Source: an uncultured bacterium (lineage in GTDB: Bacteria > UBP14 > UBA6098 > B30-G16). From it: 61,634 bases of DNA. The position numbers and the translations under genes were made by a program. A model generated the notes under the pieces. That model was not told the DNA's origin. It did no database searches and was given only the letters and a program-made list of their open reading frames with translations. This document shows positions 37,728 through 48,270 of this stretch, one piece after another. Location: positions 1-61,634 of the forward strand of contig CAZLTJ010000001.1 of the NCBI GenBank assembly GCA_964562425.1, in the 5' to 3' direction. Each line of letters opens with the position of its first letter. Position 1 is the stretch's first letter.

Positions 37728-39119
37728 CTAAGAATTAATCCTCAAAGGGGCAATTCCTAGTCTATCACATAAGTCGTTGTTATTAAGAAGATTATAGGTA
37801 GGTCCGTCATAAGCAATTTTTCCAGACTGGAGTGCAATAAAACGAGTTGCAAATTTTGACAATAAGTCTGTTTCGTGAGTTATAATAATTATTGAAATCT
37901 TTCTATCAACCAATTCACGCACTATAGTAAATATTTTCTCTCTACCAATATAATCCAAAGATGCAAAAGGTTCGTCAAGGATGAGGATATCTGGCTCAAT
38001 TGCCAAAACACCAGCGATACCTGCTCTTCTTTGCAGCCCATCAGAAAGTTCGAATGGAGATTTTTTCCACATTTCCTCAGAAAGTCCTAAAAGAATTAAG
38101 GCGTTTTTACAATGTTTTTGAGGGTCGGAAATCCCAAGTGAAGAAGGACCATAAAGTACATCCTCCCATAATGAGTTTGCAAAAAGCTGACGTTCAGGGA
38201 ATTGCATCGCCAATCCAGTTCGACCTGATCGAAATATTCTACCGGTCTTAGGCTTTAATATACCAAGAGAAAGAAGAGCAGCAGTAGATTTCCCTTCACC
38301 ACTTGCACCCACAAGTCCTATAACCTCACCTTTTTTTAATGCAAATGAAATCCCCGAAAAAACATTTATATTCATGTAATCAAAACTAACATTTTCAAAC
38401 GCGAGAACTGTTTCATCTGTTGGATTTGTTCTAATTTCTTGACCCTGAACTTTTGATATTAAATCTGTTCCACCGATCTTATGTAATATACCATCTTTAA
38501 TGAGTAATTTCCTTTTGCATCTCAAAAGTATGTCTGGATTTTGAGTTATGTGAATTATACCTGTTTTCTCTGCAATTTCATTAATTGCGGCGCTAAGAGA
38601 TTTTTTGCCACGGTAATCCAAGAAAGCTTCGGGTTCATCGAGAATTAGATAATCTGCACCCGAAGCAACAGCAGAAGCAATTGCAAGTCGTGCTTTCATG
38701 CCCCCAGAAAGCTCCAGAGATGAACACCCACAATGAGATTCAAATCCAAAAAGATCCATTAAATGCCTTACTCGATTTTCAATTTCACTGGATGGGAAAG
38801 CTGCATTTTCTGCACCAAAAGCGATCTCCCGATTTATTTGCGAAGCCACAAAACCATCCTCTGGATTCTGGAAAACATATCCTATTCTATGTCTGAAGTT
38901 GAAATAATCGTCATCGATGAAAGGAGAAATACCGTCAAGCTCCAATGTTCCAGACCATATTTTTTTTACTCCTGCTAATACAAGAGATAGAGTTGTTTTG
39001 CCAGAACCGTTGTTTCCGGTAATACCTAAATATTCGCCCTGTGAATTCTCAAAACTTAAGCATGATAGTATTTCCTTGAGTTCATAGCCAAAAAATATAT
39101 TTCTACCAATGAGAGCCAT
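37728..39119 (-). CDS. Fused tandem ECF-type ABC ATPase (EcfA-EcfA', YkoD-like)
   Basis: Two complete NBDs. NBD1: GNNGSGKTT, FQNPEDGF, LSGGMKARL, LILDEPEAFLD. NBD2: GASGEGKST, QFPERQLF, LSDGLQRRA, LILDEPFASLD, ITHE. Confidence 0.9.
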   Translation of the reverse strand: MALIGRNIFFGYELKEILSCLSFENSQGEYLGITGNNGSGKTTLSLVLAGVKKIWSGTLELDGISPFIDDDYFNFRHRIGYVFQNPEDGFVASQINREIAFGAENAAFPSSEIENRVRHLMDLFGFESHCGCSSLELSGGMKARLAIASAVASGADYLILDEPEAFLDYRGKKSLSAAINEIAEKTGIIHITQNPDILLRCKRKLLIKDGILHKIGGTDLISKVQGQEIRTNPTDETVLAFENVSFDYMNINVFSGISFALKKGEVIGLVGASGEGKSTAALLSLGILKPKTGRIFRSGRTGLAMQFPERQLFANSLWEDVLYGPSSLGISDPQKHCKNALILLGLSEEMWKKSPFELSDGLQRRAGIAGVLAIEPDILILDEPFASLDYIGREKIFTIVRELVDRKISIIIITHETDLLSKFATRFIALQSGKIAYDGPTYNLLNNNDLCDRLGIAPLRINS

Positions 39120-39231
39120 TATAAATAAAATATATGGAATATTAAAAGTAGTTCAACCCTCTGAAAAAAAAATCTTGAAAAACATGCAAACTGCAGGTAG
39201 TTTTATTGCGAAACTTTGCATAGGAGGAAAA

Positions 39232-39966
39232 ATGCCAAATATCACTCGATTGTTTTTTATTATCTTGATTTTATCAACAGTAGTACTAGCCAGCGGTGGT
39301 GGTGGTTTCTTTTGGGTGTATCGCCAAATGAAAGTTGAACCAGCGGAAAAGGCAACAGAAACAATAAGAGATCGCTTTAGTGATTACAGTAATTGGGAAA
39401 TTAGCAACTTTCAGATGGTTTGTGCTCAATTTTCAGGACTTGCCATTGTAAATAAATATTTAAGACTTGGTGGAATAATGAAAATCGGGAGATACGATAC
39501 GGGTGATCCTTGGTCTGGACCAGATGAGGGTCAAGTTGGGTATGGCGATTTTGCACTTGCTTTTATGCCCGAGGGTTACATGCAATTTGGTATGTTCAAT
39601 GTGGCTGCAGGTTTAGGTTTAGGTATGGGGCTATATATTACTTATATTGATGACGAACTCGATGAAAACGACGGTGAGAAAGAAATATACTACTTCTTAA
39701 ATCCAGAGATATCAGGCGCATTCAACCTTTCGAAAAATTTCGCAATCCAACTTGGTTTTGGCTACCATGCTCCATTTGCAGGCAGCGATGGCGTATTTGA
39801 GCGAGATCCTCTTTTCTCGTATAAGGTTAAACCATCTGAAACAGGTGGTGTTTATATCCGATTAGGTGTTTTCTTCGGAAATCTATATGATAAAAAGTCT
39901 TATGAAAAAGAATATGAGGATTTAAAGAAAGAATTAGAGAAACGAGAACAGGAAAAATTCGAATAG
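39232..39966 (+). CDS. Hypothetical membrane-anchored/secreted protein with charged C-terminal tail
   Basis: Start set at the ATG preceded by AGGAGG. N-terminal anchor LFFIILILSTVVLASGGGG. Gly/aromatic-rich body. K/E-rich tail. No recognisable family. Confidence 0.5.
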   Translation: MPNITRLFFIILILSTVVLASGGGGFFWVYRQMKVEPAEKATETIRDRFSDYSNWEISNFQMVCAQFSGLAIVNKYLRLGGIMKIGRYDTGDPWSGPDEGQVGYGDFALAFMPEGYMQFGMFNVAAGLGLGMGLYITYIDDELDENDGEKEIYYFLNPEISGAFNLSKNFAIQLGFGYHAPFAGSDGVFERDPLFSYKVKPSETGGVYIRLGVFFGNLYDKKSYEKEYEDLKKELEKREQEKFE

Positions 39967-40055
39967 AAATCCAAGAAACAGTAAAGTAGATAATCCTTTT
40001 CGAAACTGATCGTTCACAAACTTCATTTGTCTTTTATTTATAATGTGAAAATATT

Positions 40056-40083
40056 AAGCCCATCATTTAGGATGGGCTTTTCC
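40056..40083. terminator. Bidirectional intrinsic terminator between convergent genes
   Basis: Perfect 9-bp stem AAGCCCATC/GATGGGCTT with a 6-nt loop. Flanked by a T-rich tract on the plus strand (TTCCATGTTTA) and by AATATTTTC on the minus strand. Confidence 0.6.
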
Positions 40084-40116
40084 ATGTTTATCATGAAAAC
40101 CGTAAGGTTTAATTTT

Positions 40117-41907
40117 TTATTTTAAGTAAATTACCTTTCTCGAAATTTGGAAATTCTCGTGATTAGCCTTAATTAAATAGATGCCATCAGTTATGTTATC
40201 ACCGGGTTTCCAGATGACTTCCTTGCCATTAAACCGAGCTACAATATGTCCAGTTAAATCTTGGATAATTATATCAGCATCGAATGAACATGCAATCTGC
40301 AATGCAGAATTAAATGGGTTAGGATAAGCATTGATTCGCCACGATTCGGGCTTTTCAGCAATCTCGTATACTTCCAATAATCCATCTCTGCCACATATAA
40401 ATGAATCACCAGGTGTAACATATTCATTTCCAACAGGATCGACCATTTCAATCTTTAAATAATATATACTGTCAGGCATAAGACCGTCTAAAATAAATTT
40501 ATGACGAGTTCGCCAAAGTTCTGTCCAATCAGTTGAATCATAGGGCAAAAATCGGGTTTGACCATATAAAGCCCTAGCTATAACTAATTCCGGGAATTCC
40601 ACTGACGTAGGAATCTCTATAGATACGACAGCGGTATCATCGTGCGAATGCAAAAGAATTTCGGGATGTGGTGGTGAGATTGTATCCTTTTCAAGCAATT
40701 TACTTTTTAAAGGATTATATATCGGATCGCCAATGTATATACCCATCCACATAAATCTCTGTTCAGATAGACACGATGCTTCTGCAAAATTATATCCAGA
40801 AAGTATATAATATAAGAAAACTTCCGGTCTTGCATGACCTATTGTAAATGGTTCAGCCACAACACCAGCTCCACATGTTAAACCTCTTTTAAAAGCATTA
40901 GCTAGAAAAGGTTGAGTGTCAGAATTGCGTATATTATTACCAGAATTTGAGTTTAGATCACATGCAGCAGCTCCCGGAATCCATTCCCATCTGTCCTGAT
41001 ATCTATTGTAATTATACCATCCACCATACCATAGTGCATTTGGAGCAGAATCCGCTGGAGAGCCATCCGAAAACATTGCAAGGCTTTCTCCAATTTCAGT
41101 TTCATACGGCTCCCATTTAAGTTTAAAAAAAGAATTTTCGATGAAGAATTTGCCAAATGCAATGGATGAATCCACCTGAGCATAACTGTTATATCCAAAT
41201 GGATATCGACTTAGAAGTATAGAATCGGGATATTCGCTAAATCTAGAGTCTACGTATCCTATACCGTTATAATAACCTGAATCAGATATTATATACTTTT
41301 CAGCATACAAGGCTTTATCTACTAAACCCTTGCAATATTCAACATTGATTCCATCTAATCTTGTAACCAAAAACAATCTTTTCCCACCATATGTCTCAGT
41401 TCCACGAAAATGACCTTTATCTGAACCAACGGAAGGGGAACTTTCACCATAAACGTAATTAATTAACCCCCATGTAGTTAAGTGACCATCTGCAGAATCC
41501 AAAAGACCAGGAACATACAACATATTATCAACACCTCTTGTGCGATTAGTATCCATATAGGTTCTAACTCTGGCTGGAATACCATATGAAAGTAAAATAT
41601 AGAAAATATTAGACTCACCTAATGAATCTATTTTATCCATAATAGGTATAACAAGCTGATTATAGAAATCTTTCCAGTTTGAATAAGTAAAACCATTAAT
41701 CGTAGCAATAGCAAGAATGTTTGACGAAGGGACACTCCTTAGATTGGCATAGTACATCGCTGTCTCTTCTGAATCGCCAATACCATTATCATTATTGTCG
41801 GGGAAATCTGTATTGTAAACGATTAATATTTTTGAGGGGTCATCGTCAGCAATTGTTAAGGAGAATACAAAAATTATTAACAAAACCGAAAATATTAAAT
41901 ATTTCAT
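40117..41907 (-). CDS. Secreted protein with T9SS type-A C-terminal sorting domain; N-terminal region possibly TIGR03790-like
   Basis: Signal peptide. KILIVYNTDFPDN...SEETAMYYANLRSVPSSNILAI resembles the TIGR03790 uncharacterised family (from memory, unverified). The CTD reads YPNPFNSALQIAC...DGIYLIKANHENFQISRKVIYLK. Confidence 0.6.
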   Translation of the reverse strand: MKYLIFSVLLIIFVFSLTIADDDPSKILIVYNTDFPDNNDNGIGDSEETAMYYANLRSVPSSNILAIATINGFTYSNWKDFYNQLVIPIMDKIDSLGESNIFYILLSYGIPARVRTYMDTNRTRGVDNMLYVPGLLDSADGHLTTWGLINYVYGESSPSVGSDKGHFRGTETYGGKRLFLVTRLDGINVEYCKGLVDKALYAEKYIISDSGYYNGIGYVDSRFSEYPDSILLSRYPFGYNSYAQVDSSIAFGKFFIENSFFKLKWEPYETEIGESLAMFSDGSPADSAPNALWYGGWYNYNRYQDRWEWIPGAAACDLNSNSGNNIRNSDTQPFLANAFKRGLTCGAGVVAEPFTIGHARPEVFLYYILSGYNFAEASCLSEQRFMWMGIYIGDPIYNPLKSKLLEKDTISPPHPEILLHSHDDTAVVSIEIPTSVEFPELVIARALYGQTRFLPYDSTDWTELWRTRHKFILDGLMPDSIYYLKIEMVDPVGNEYVTPGDSFICGRDGLLEVYEIAEKPESWRINAYPNPFNSALQIACSFDADIIIQDLTGHIVARFNGKEVIWKPGDNITDGIYLIKANHENFQISRKVIYLK

Positions 41908-42071
41908 AATTCCCCTCCATTTGTATTATAACTCAAAGACAAAGCCTAAAATGCAAAGTTTTAATCATAATTCATTTCTAATAAATATGATAACTACAGA
42001 ATATCTTTGTGAAAGTATGCTGAAAAATCATATAACTTTGTATAGTTGAAAAATAATTTAGCAGAATAATA

Positions 42072-43253
42072 TTAAAACATGTAACGCAAATAATAATAAT
42101 CCCATCTTAAGCCATAGGAATTTGTGGATCCAACGAAAACATAATTGTTATCTCTAAAAACTGCTATATCTCGAAGTACTTCTGAGAATGGTGGTCCCAT
42201 TGTAAATTCCCAAATAATGGAACCGTCGTCATTCGTTTTTACAAAATATGCACCAGACATTCCAAATTTATCTTTAACACCCGCGAAAACAAAAGAGCCA
42301 CCTAAAGATGATGAAGCAACATCGTAAAAACATTCCTCCTGCCCAGGAGAACCATATCTTTTTGTCCAAACTGAATCACCTTCTGGAGTAACTTTCATAA
42401 TCCAGGCGTCACCTTCGCCAGGTCCCCATGTATTATAATATCCTGCAATAATCATTCCACCATCGGGCAATGGTATTCCTGAGTAAAATATCCTGTCTCC
42501 TCTTCCACCATAAATCCTTGGGTGAGTTGTGAAAGCACCTTCATCATTAATCTGTAAAATCAAAGCAGTGTAGTTTTTTGTTAACTGGTCTAAAAAGTAA
42601 CCGATTACAAAATATCCACCTCCAATTTTGATAATGATATCTGTCCCAACAACCAATGCCGACGGCCAATCAAATGTTTGAACCCATTGTACACTTCCAT
42701 CTGGGAATAGTTTTAAAATAAGTAAATAACTAACATAACCATTAATTGCACGATCAAATCTTTGGTTTACAACACCTGTTAATATTGATCCACCATCTCT
42801 CGTTGCTTTTATAGAATTGGCGAAACTAAGGTTAGGTGAATGGAAAATTGAAGTCCACTGTGAGTCTCCAAATTGATTGACACAAACAACATAAACACTC
42901 CCAACAAATTCCGCACTAAGATCATCATAATGTAAATTTTTTACCCCAGCTATAAGATATTTGTTAGACATTGTTTTTGCTAAACTATAAGCAATATCAT
43001 CCCCTTTATCTCCGTAAATACGAAACCAAAAAACACTTCCAATAGGATCAGTTTTAACAAGAAACATATCTTTATCATTTCCAGAAGGTGTAAAAGATTC
43101 TGTATATCCAGCTGACAATAGCATACCACCATCTGTTATTTGGATACTATAGGCTTTTTCATCTCGAACACCCCCAAACGATCTATCCTCGATTTGCGCA
43201 AAAACAACACATATTAAACAAACTGCTAATAATGTAAATATCAAATGCTTCAT
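42072..43253 (-). CDS. Secreted beta-propeller-like repeat protein (hypothetical)
   Basis: Signal peptide ending VFAQ. About 6-7 repeats of the pattern DGG-x-[IL]-x-[AT]G...D-x-[FW]-[LI]-[VM]K-x-[DT]-x-[DE]G-x-x-x-W. No T9SS CTD. Confidence 0.5.
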   Translation of the reverse strand: MKHLIFTLLAVCLICVVFAQIEDRSFGGVRDEKAYSIQITDGGMLLSAGYTESFTPSGNDKDMFLVKTDPIGSVFWFRIYGDKGDDIAYSLAKTMSNKYLIAGVKNLHYDDLSAEFVGSVYVVCVNQFGDSQWTSIFHSPNLSFANSIKATRDGGSILTGVVNQRFDRAINGYVSYLLILKLFPDGSVQWVQTFDWPSALVVGTDIIIKIGGGYFVIGYFLDQLTKNYTALILQINDEGAFTTHPRIYGGRGDRIFYSGIPLPDGGMIIAGYYNTWGPGEGDAWIMKVTPEGDSVWTKRYGSPGQEECFYDVASSSLGGSFVFAGVKDKFGMSGAYFVKTNDDGSIIWEFTMGPPFSEVLRDIAVFRDNNYVFVGSTNSYGLRWDYYYLRYMF

Positions 43254-43275
43254 ATACTTCCTCTCGTCAATTTTT

Positions 43276-43304
43276 ATAATATATTATTATTAATTTTTTG
43301 GCAA
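43276..43304 (-). promoter_or_regulatory. Putative sigma70-type promoter (-35 TTGCCA, 17-nt spacer, -10 TATTAT)
   Basis: Minus strand reads TCTTGCCA-AAAAATTAATAATAATA-TATTAT, about 23 nt upstream of the ATG at 43253 (GAGAGGAAG SD in between). Confidence 0.3.
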
Positions 43305-43530
43305 GAACAAAGAGAAGATTGATTTGGAAATATTATATATTAAAGAGTCTAAAACTTCATTGAGATTTAATTTAGACGTTAGTATTGGTTACTAATTTCT
43401 AAACATACAACTTTTTAATTTAAATTATTAAGAGTATTGAGTATATTCTGTGAATAGAATTAACTTCATCAATTATTTATCTTTTAGAATGTTCCTAATA
43501 CAATAAATAAATTACAAGGAGGGTTAAAAG

Positions 43531-45210
43531 ATGGAACGCGAAATTCATGCCCCAAAAGGCACAAAATTAACATGTAAAGGTTGGCAGCAGGAAGCAGTAA
43601 TGAGGATGCTAATGAATAATCTTGATCCAGAAGTAGCCGAAGATTACGAGAATTTAATAGTTTATGGCGGAACAGGCAAAGCAGCAAGAAATTGGAAATG
43701 TTTCGATGCAATAATCTGCACTCTTAAGGAACTTGAAGACGATGAAACAATGCTGGTTCAGTCTGGTAAGCCTGTGGGTGTTTTTAAGACTCACAAATGG
43801 GCACCGAAAGTAATCATTGCTAACTCAAACATTGTACCTCATTGGGCTAATTGGGATTATTTTAATGAACTCGATAAATTAGGCTTGATAATGTATGGTC
43901 AGATGACCGCAGGTTCATGGATTTACATTGGCACACAAGGGATACTTCAAGGCACATACGAAACATTTGCTGCAGCAGGCAGAAAAAAATTCGGTACAGA
44001 TAATCTAAAAGGCAAATTAATCGTATCTGGAGGATGCGGAGGTATGTCTGGGGCTCAACCACTTGCTGCTACCATGAATAATGCTACTTATCTTGCCGCT
44101 GAAGTTAATATACATAGGATTGAACGTAGATTAGAATCTAACTACCTCGATGAACTCGAAATCGATTTAGATAAAGCAATACAACGAGCTGTCGAATATA
44201 AAGAAAATGGAATTGCAAAGAGCATTTCCTGGCATGGAAATATTGTGGATCTGCTTCAGGCTCTTGTTAATAAAAACATTACACCAGATTTGCTAACCGA
44301 TCAGACATCAGCACACGATCCACTTTTCGGGTATGTTCCTGAAAATACAACCTACAAAGAAGCAATCGAACTTCGTGATGAGGACTCTGAGGAATATTTA
44401 AAATGCTCTTTCAAAACGATGGCTAAACACGTCCGACTTATGATGACGTTACAGAAACGAGGTGCAGAAACATTCGATTATGGCAACAATCTTCGCGGAA
44501 ATGCACTCGAGGGTGGATTTATAAGAGAAAATGAAATTAAAAATATAGACGGTTCATGGAAATATCCGGGATTTATACCTGCATATATTCGACCGCTATT
44601 CTGCAAAGGTCAAGGACCTTTCAGATGGGTAGCATTATCAGGGGATCCTCAGGACATCTATACAATCGACGAAGAGTTATTAAAAATGTTCCCCGAAAAA
44701 GTGCTTCTCAATCGATGGCTTACCTTGGCAAAAGAGCGAGTTAAATTTCAGGGATTACCTGCCCGTATTTGCTGGCTGGGTTACGGTGACCGAGCCAAAG
44801 CTGGACTTATGTTTAACCGACTTGTCCGAGAAGGAAAAGTTAAAGCTCCGATCGTTATTGGTCGAGATCATTTGGATTGCGGTTCTGTGGCATCACCAAA
44901 TCGTGAAACGGAAAATATGAAAGATGGCTCAGATGCAATAGCTGATTGGCCACTTTTAAACTTTGGACTTAATGCAATTTCAGGTGCATCATGGGTTTCA
45001 TTCCATGATGGTGGCGGAGTTGGAATAGGTTACAGCCTTCATTCTGGGCAAGTCATCGTTGCAGATGGAACAGAAATGATGGACGAAAGACTCCGATTAG
45101 TACTTACGAACGATCCGGGAACTGGTATTGCAAGACATGTAGATGCAGGTTATGAAAAAGCAATAAAATTTGCCAAAAAAGCAGACGTGAAAATACCGAT
45201 GATGGAATAG
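43531..45210 (+). CDS. hutU: Urocanate hydratase
   Basis: [51 protein letters not shown], and full-length collinearity with urocanase down to [20 protein letters not shown]. Confidence 0.97.
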   Translation: MEREIHAPKGTKLTCKGWQQEAVMRMLMNNLDPEVAEDYENLIVYGGTGKAARNWKCFDAIICTLKELEDDETMLVQSGKPVGVFKTHKWAPKVIIANSNIVPHWANWDYFNELDKLGLIMYGQMTAGSWIYIGTQGILQGTYETFAAAGRKKFGTDNLKGKLIVSGGCGGMSGAQPLAATMNNATYLAAEVNIHRIERRLESNYLDELEIDLDKAIQRAVEYKENGIAKSISWHGNIVDLLQALVNKNITPDLLTDQTSAHDPLFGYVPENTTYKEAIELRDEDSEEYLKCSFKTMAKHVRLMMTLQKRGAETFDYGNNLRGNALEGGFIRENEIKNIDGSWKYPGFIPAYIRPLFCKGQGPFRWVALSGDPQDIYTIDEELLKMFPEKVLLNRWLTLAKERVKFQGLPARICWLGYGDRAKAGLMFNRLVREGKVKAPIVIGRDHLDCGSVASPNRETENMKDGSDAIADWPLLNFGLNAISGASWVSFHDGGGVGIGYSLHSGQVIVADGTEMMDERLRLVLTNDPGTGIARHVDAGYEKAIKFAKKADVKIPMME

Positions 45211-45695
45211 TGCATTTAAAGTGCGGTTTAATAAATTAATATGATTTTCCGGATTTTTATGTTACAAATGTCTAACTTCTGTTTCAGATATTATTAGACA
45301 ATAATTTTATTAATTGACTCATACTTATAATCAGTTGAAAAAATAAGTATCCCAATCGAAAAGCACTCGATCTGTGATGGTGAGTATGCATAAAGTAAAT
45401 TAATGCGTTATGTTAACAGGCTTAAATTTTCGAGGAACCGAGCCTATAAAGATACTTAAATTTAATAGGAATCATGACATAAGAAGATGGTGAATATTTT
45501 TATTCATTTCGACGAAGGAAATTAGGGGAACTCATGATTCTCATCTTCTAACCTAAAAAGTCATATAACGTAATATAAAACATAATTTAAGATAGATAGT
45601 CTCACAGTAGCTGAAGATAGTTTAAATACCTTTAAGTAAGCTATTTAGAATCCTCCATAAATTGATTAGTGGAGAAATCATTTTTGACAGCAGTA

Positions 45696-47831
45696 TCATT
45701 TAATTAATGTTATTTTTGACATCACCGTTTCATTACTGCTATTTACTTTAACAAAATATATCCCGGACTTCAATCCTTCGGCTTCCCAAATATATTTCCC
45801 CGGAACACTCACATTATCCTTTTTAATTAATCGACCATCAGTAGTGAAAATTTCAATCACAATGGGTTCATTGAAACAGGACAGATCTATTACACATTGA
45901 GCATTAAATGGGTTTGGGAATGAATAAATCTCAGGTGTTTTGGGTCGCAGCTTTTCCTCTGAAATTCCGGAATATTCGGAAACATCGAAAATATAGAAAA
46001 AAGGACCATTTGCTACGTAAGCATAAGGCGGTCTGACATATACATCTCCCCAAGTAAATTCTGTATACGGCAAATTATACGATTCTACAATCCTTATATC
46101 CCCTAAATCTGCAAAATTTATTAATAGAAAGTCGTCATCATTCACAGCATAAATAATAGAATCGCATATATAAATATTTTTTAGGAAATTAAATGATTCA
46201 GATGCAATTTCGTTTAGAACAAATGGATTACTTATATCATAAATACGTAGACCAGTATTTGATTTCGTGAGAAAAAGTTTATCATCACTTAGAACCATTT
46301 CCGAAATGAAACCCTCACCCGGTGTAGTAACGTCTAATGAGTCAGAAATCAATGGTCCCCATGGATTATAAGCGTCGATTATGAATATTTTTGCTTTTAT
46401 GTCATTGGAAAGCGCTGCATACACAATTCCGCTATTGGAAACTACATTGCTGGCTGTGGGATACGGAACACCCCGAAGCGGTATCCTAGATAATATTGTG
46501 GCAGCTAATGGATGTATTACATCCAATAATAACATAGAATCATTGGTTATCGCATAAAGAAGGAAGTTCTGAATATCCATTGTATTTATCGGTTGTTTCG
46601 TATCTATTCTGGTTAATACTTGTGGATTTGACGGTTGTCGAATATATAACGCTTGAATCCCATTACCGGTGGCATTAGTGAAATACAAAAAAGTATCTGT
46701 AATGTCAATTCCCATGGGTTGTCCTAATATCGGTATCACTTTCTCAAAAAACGGATTACTTTTATCACTTATATTAATCGTACCTAAGTATCCGTTACGG
46801 GCTTTTTTACTCAATACATAAACATACGGTCCCCACATTTTCATCTTTTGAAATGTAAAACCGTACGTCCCTAAAAGCCTTAATGATATAGCTCTCGAAA
46901 CATCGAAAGTATGTAAGAGGTCAGTTGTAATCGCAAAAGCAATTTCACCTTTTAGCACAATGTCTTTCCCAGTTCCTGATCTCAAGTTCTTTATCGAAAT
47001 AACATAAGCAGTATCTGATCGAATGATGATCGATGTAAGCATCGTATCGCAGAGTAACAATCCTGTGCCATCATCACGGATTATTAGTTTCCTTGTTGCA
47101 GTTTGCATATCTAAGGATTTCACTAATCTGGGTACTCTATCACTTAAAATGTTATACATTTTTACTGTGTCATCGACGAGCATATAAAATCTTTCATTTT
47201 TAGTCATAATTTGATGCACCGAACCTACAATCGGAATCCTTCCAACTTCTGTGGGAGATGTGGGAGATGAAATATTTAACACAATTAATTCGTTAGTTTT
47301 TGTGACAAACAATTGTTCTTCGTAAACAGTAGCCATTCGAGGTTGATCACAATCATATTCCCCAACCAAGACTGGCGAGGATGGATTAGAAATATTAACA
47401 ATTTGTAATTCCTTTATTCGCGCAGGTAGATATGCATAATCACCATTTAACACTAAAGTAACCACGTTTCGACCCGCATAACTGGGCAAATCTACGTGAG
47501 ATTTCTCTACTGGATTTACAGTGTCTCTTAATGAATAAATGTAAAATTTGTCATCCGATGCCACCATATACAAAAGTGAATCTCTAATTTGAAATGATTT
47601 GATTTCAGCAGCAGGTATTATTATTGAACTAACATTTTCGAGGTTAACCGAATCTGAAGCATCATATATTGTGATTTTAGTCGAAAGAACATAAAGGTAT
47701 CTACCCACCGTTTCACCATATGTTCCATGGCTCATTCGATCTAAAACACCTTCAATGGAAATGCAATTTCCAAAAGATGTAAATAAAAGTACAACCAACA
47801 ACCCCCAAACATATATAATACTTTCCCTCAT
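45696..47831 (-). CDS. LVIVD-repeat beta-propeller protein with T9SS type-A C-terminal sorting domain
   Basis: Repeated Y[AL]Y[VL]...L.I[VI][ND][IV]S.P..P motifs (e.g. YAYLPARIKELQIVNISNPSSPVLVGEY; YAYVANGPFFYIFDVSEY). The CTD reads FPNPFNAQCVIDL...SGIYFVKVNSSNETVMSKITLIK. Confidence 0.7.
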   Translation of the reverse strand: MRESIIYVWGLLVVLLFTSFGNCISIEGVLDRMSHGTYGETVGRYLYVLSTKITIYDASDSVNLENVSSIIIPAAEIKSFQIRDSLLYMVASDDKFYIYSLRDTVNPVEKSHVDLPSYAGRNVVTLVLNGDYAYLPARIKELQIVNISNPSSPVLVGEYDCDQPRMATVYEEQLFVTKTNELIVLNISSPTSPTEVGRIPIVGSVHQIMTKNERFYMLVDDTVKMYNILSDRVPRLVKSLDMQTATRKLIIRDDGTGLLLCDTMLTSIIIRSDTAYVISIKNLRSGTGKDIVLKGEIAFAITTDLLHTFDVSRAISLRLLGTYGFTFQKMKMWGPYVYVLSKKARNGYLGTINISDKSNPFFEKVIPILGQPMGIDITDTFLYFTNATGNGIQALYIRQPSNPQVLTRIDTKQPINTMDIQNFLLYAITNDSMLLLDVIHPLAATILSRIPLRGVPYPTASNVVSNSGIVYAALSNDIKAKIFIIDAYNPWGPLISDSLDVTTPGEGFISEMVLSDDKLFLTKSNTGLRIYDISNPFVLNEIASESFNFLKNIYICDSIIYAVNDDDFLLINFADLGDIRIVESYNLPYTEFTWGDVYVRPPYAYVANGPFFYIFDVSEYSGISEEKLRPKTPEIYSFPNPFNAQCVIDLSCFNEPIVIEIFTTDGRLIKKDNVSVPGKYIWEAEGLKSGIYFVKVNSSNETVMSKITLIK

Positions 47832-48270
47832 ATTGATTCCCCCTTTTTATTATACAAAAAATTAAATATTAGAATTTTTATTTCAAAGATTTAATTAAAT
47901 TATTTTTAGTAATTAAGAAGTCATTCTCTTCTTATAAAGATTTAAATAACTTTACAATGCAAAATTTTTTAGTAATTCTCGAATTTTAATCTGCTTCGAC
48001 AATATATATGTACCAATTGATTATCCTAATAGACGCATTACACGATGCTAATGTTTTTTCTGAATTAAATTCATTTCAATTGAATCTTAACTAAAAGTCT
48101 GCACATATGTGGATACTATTCGATCAACTTCTCTTATAGATTGCTTTGAATTATATAAATTTTAATATTGAACCTAACGAATATGTAATTGAACGCGGAC
48201 TTAAATACTGTATATTTTTCTTGTTACTTTTATAATATTCCATAAAATCCTGAGAAAGAAAGGAGTGGAA

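Noticed and set aside
39109-39231. N-terminal 41-codon extension of the 285-aa tracked ORF overlapping the ecfA start
   Set aside because: The internal ATG at 39232 has a perfect AGGAGG SD and is followed directly by a signal/anchor sequence. The extension has no SD and would overlap the divergent gene.
47832-48270. 439-nt leader region before lysS examined for a lysine riboswitch or T-box
   Set aside because: I could not find L-box conserved cores or a T-box specifier/antiterminator (AGAGA..., UGGN) pattern. Only weak AT-rich hairpins are present.
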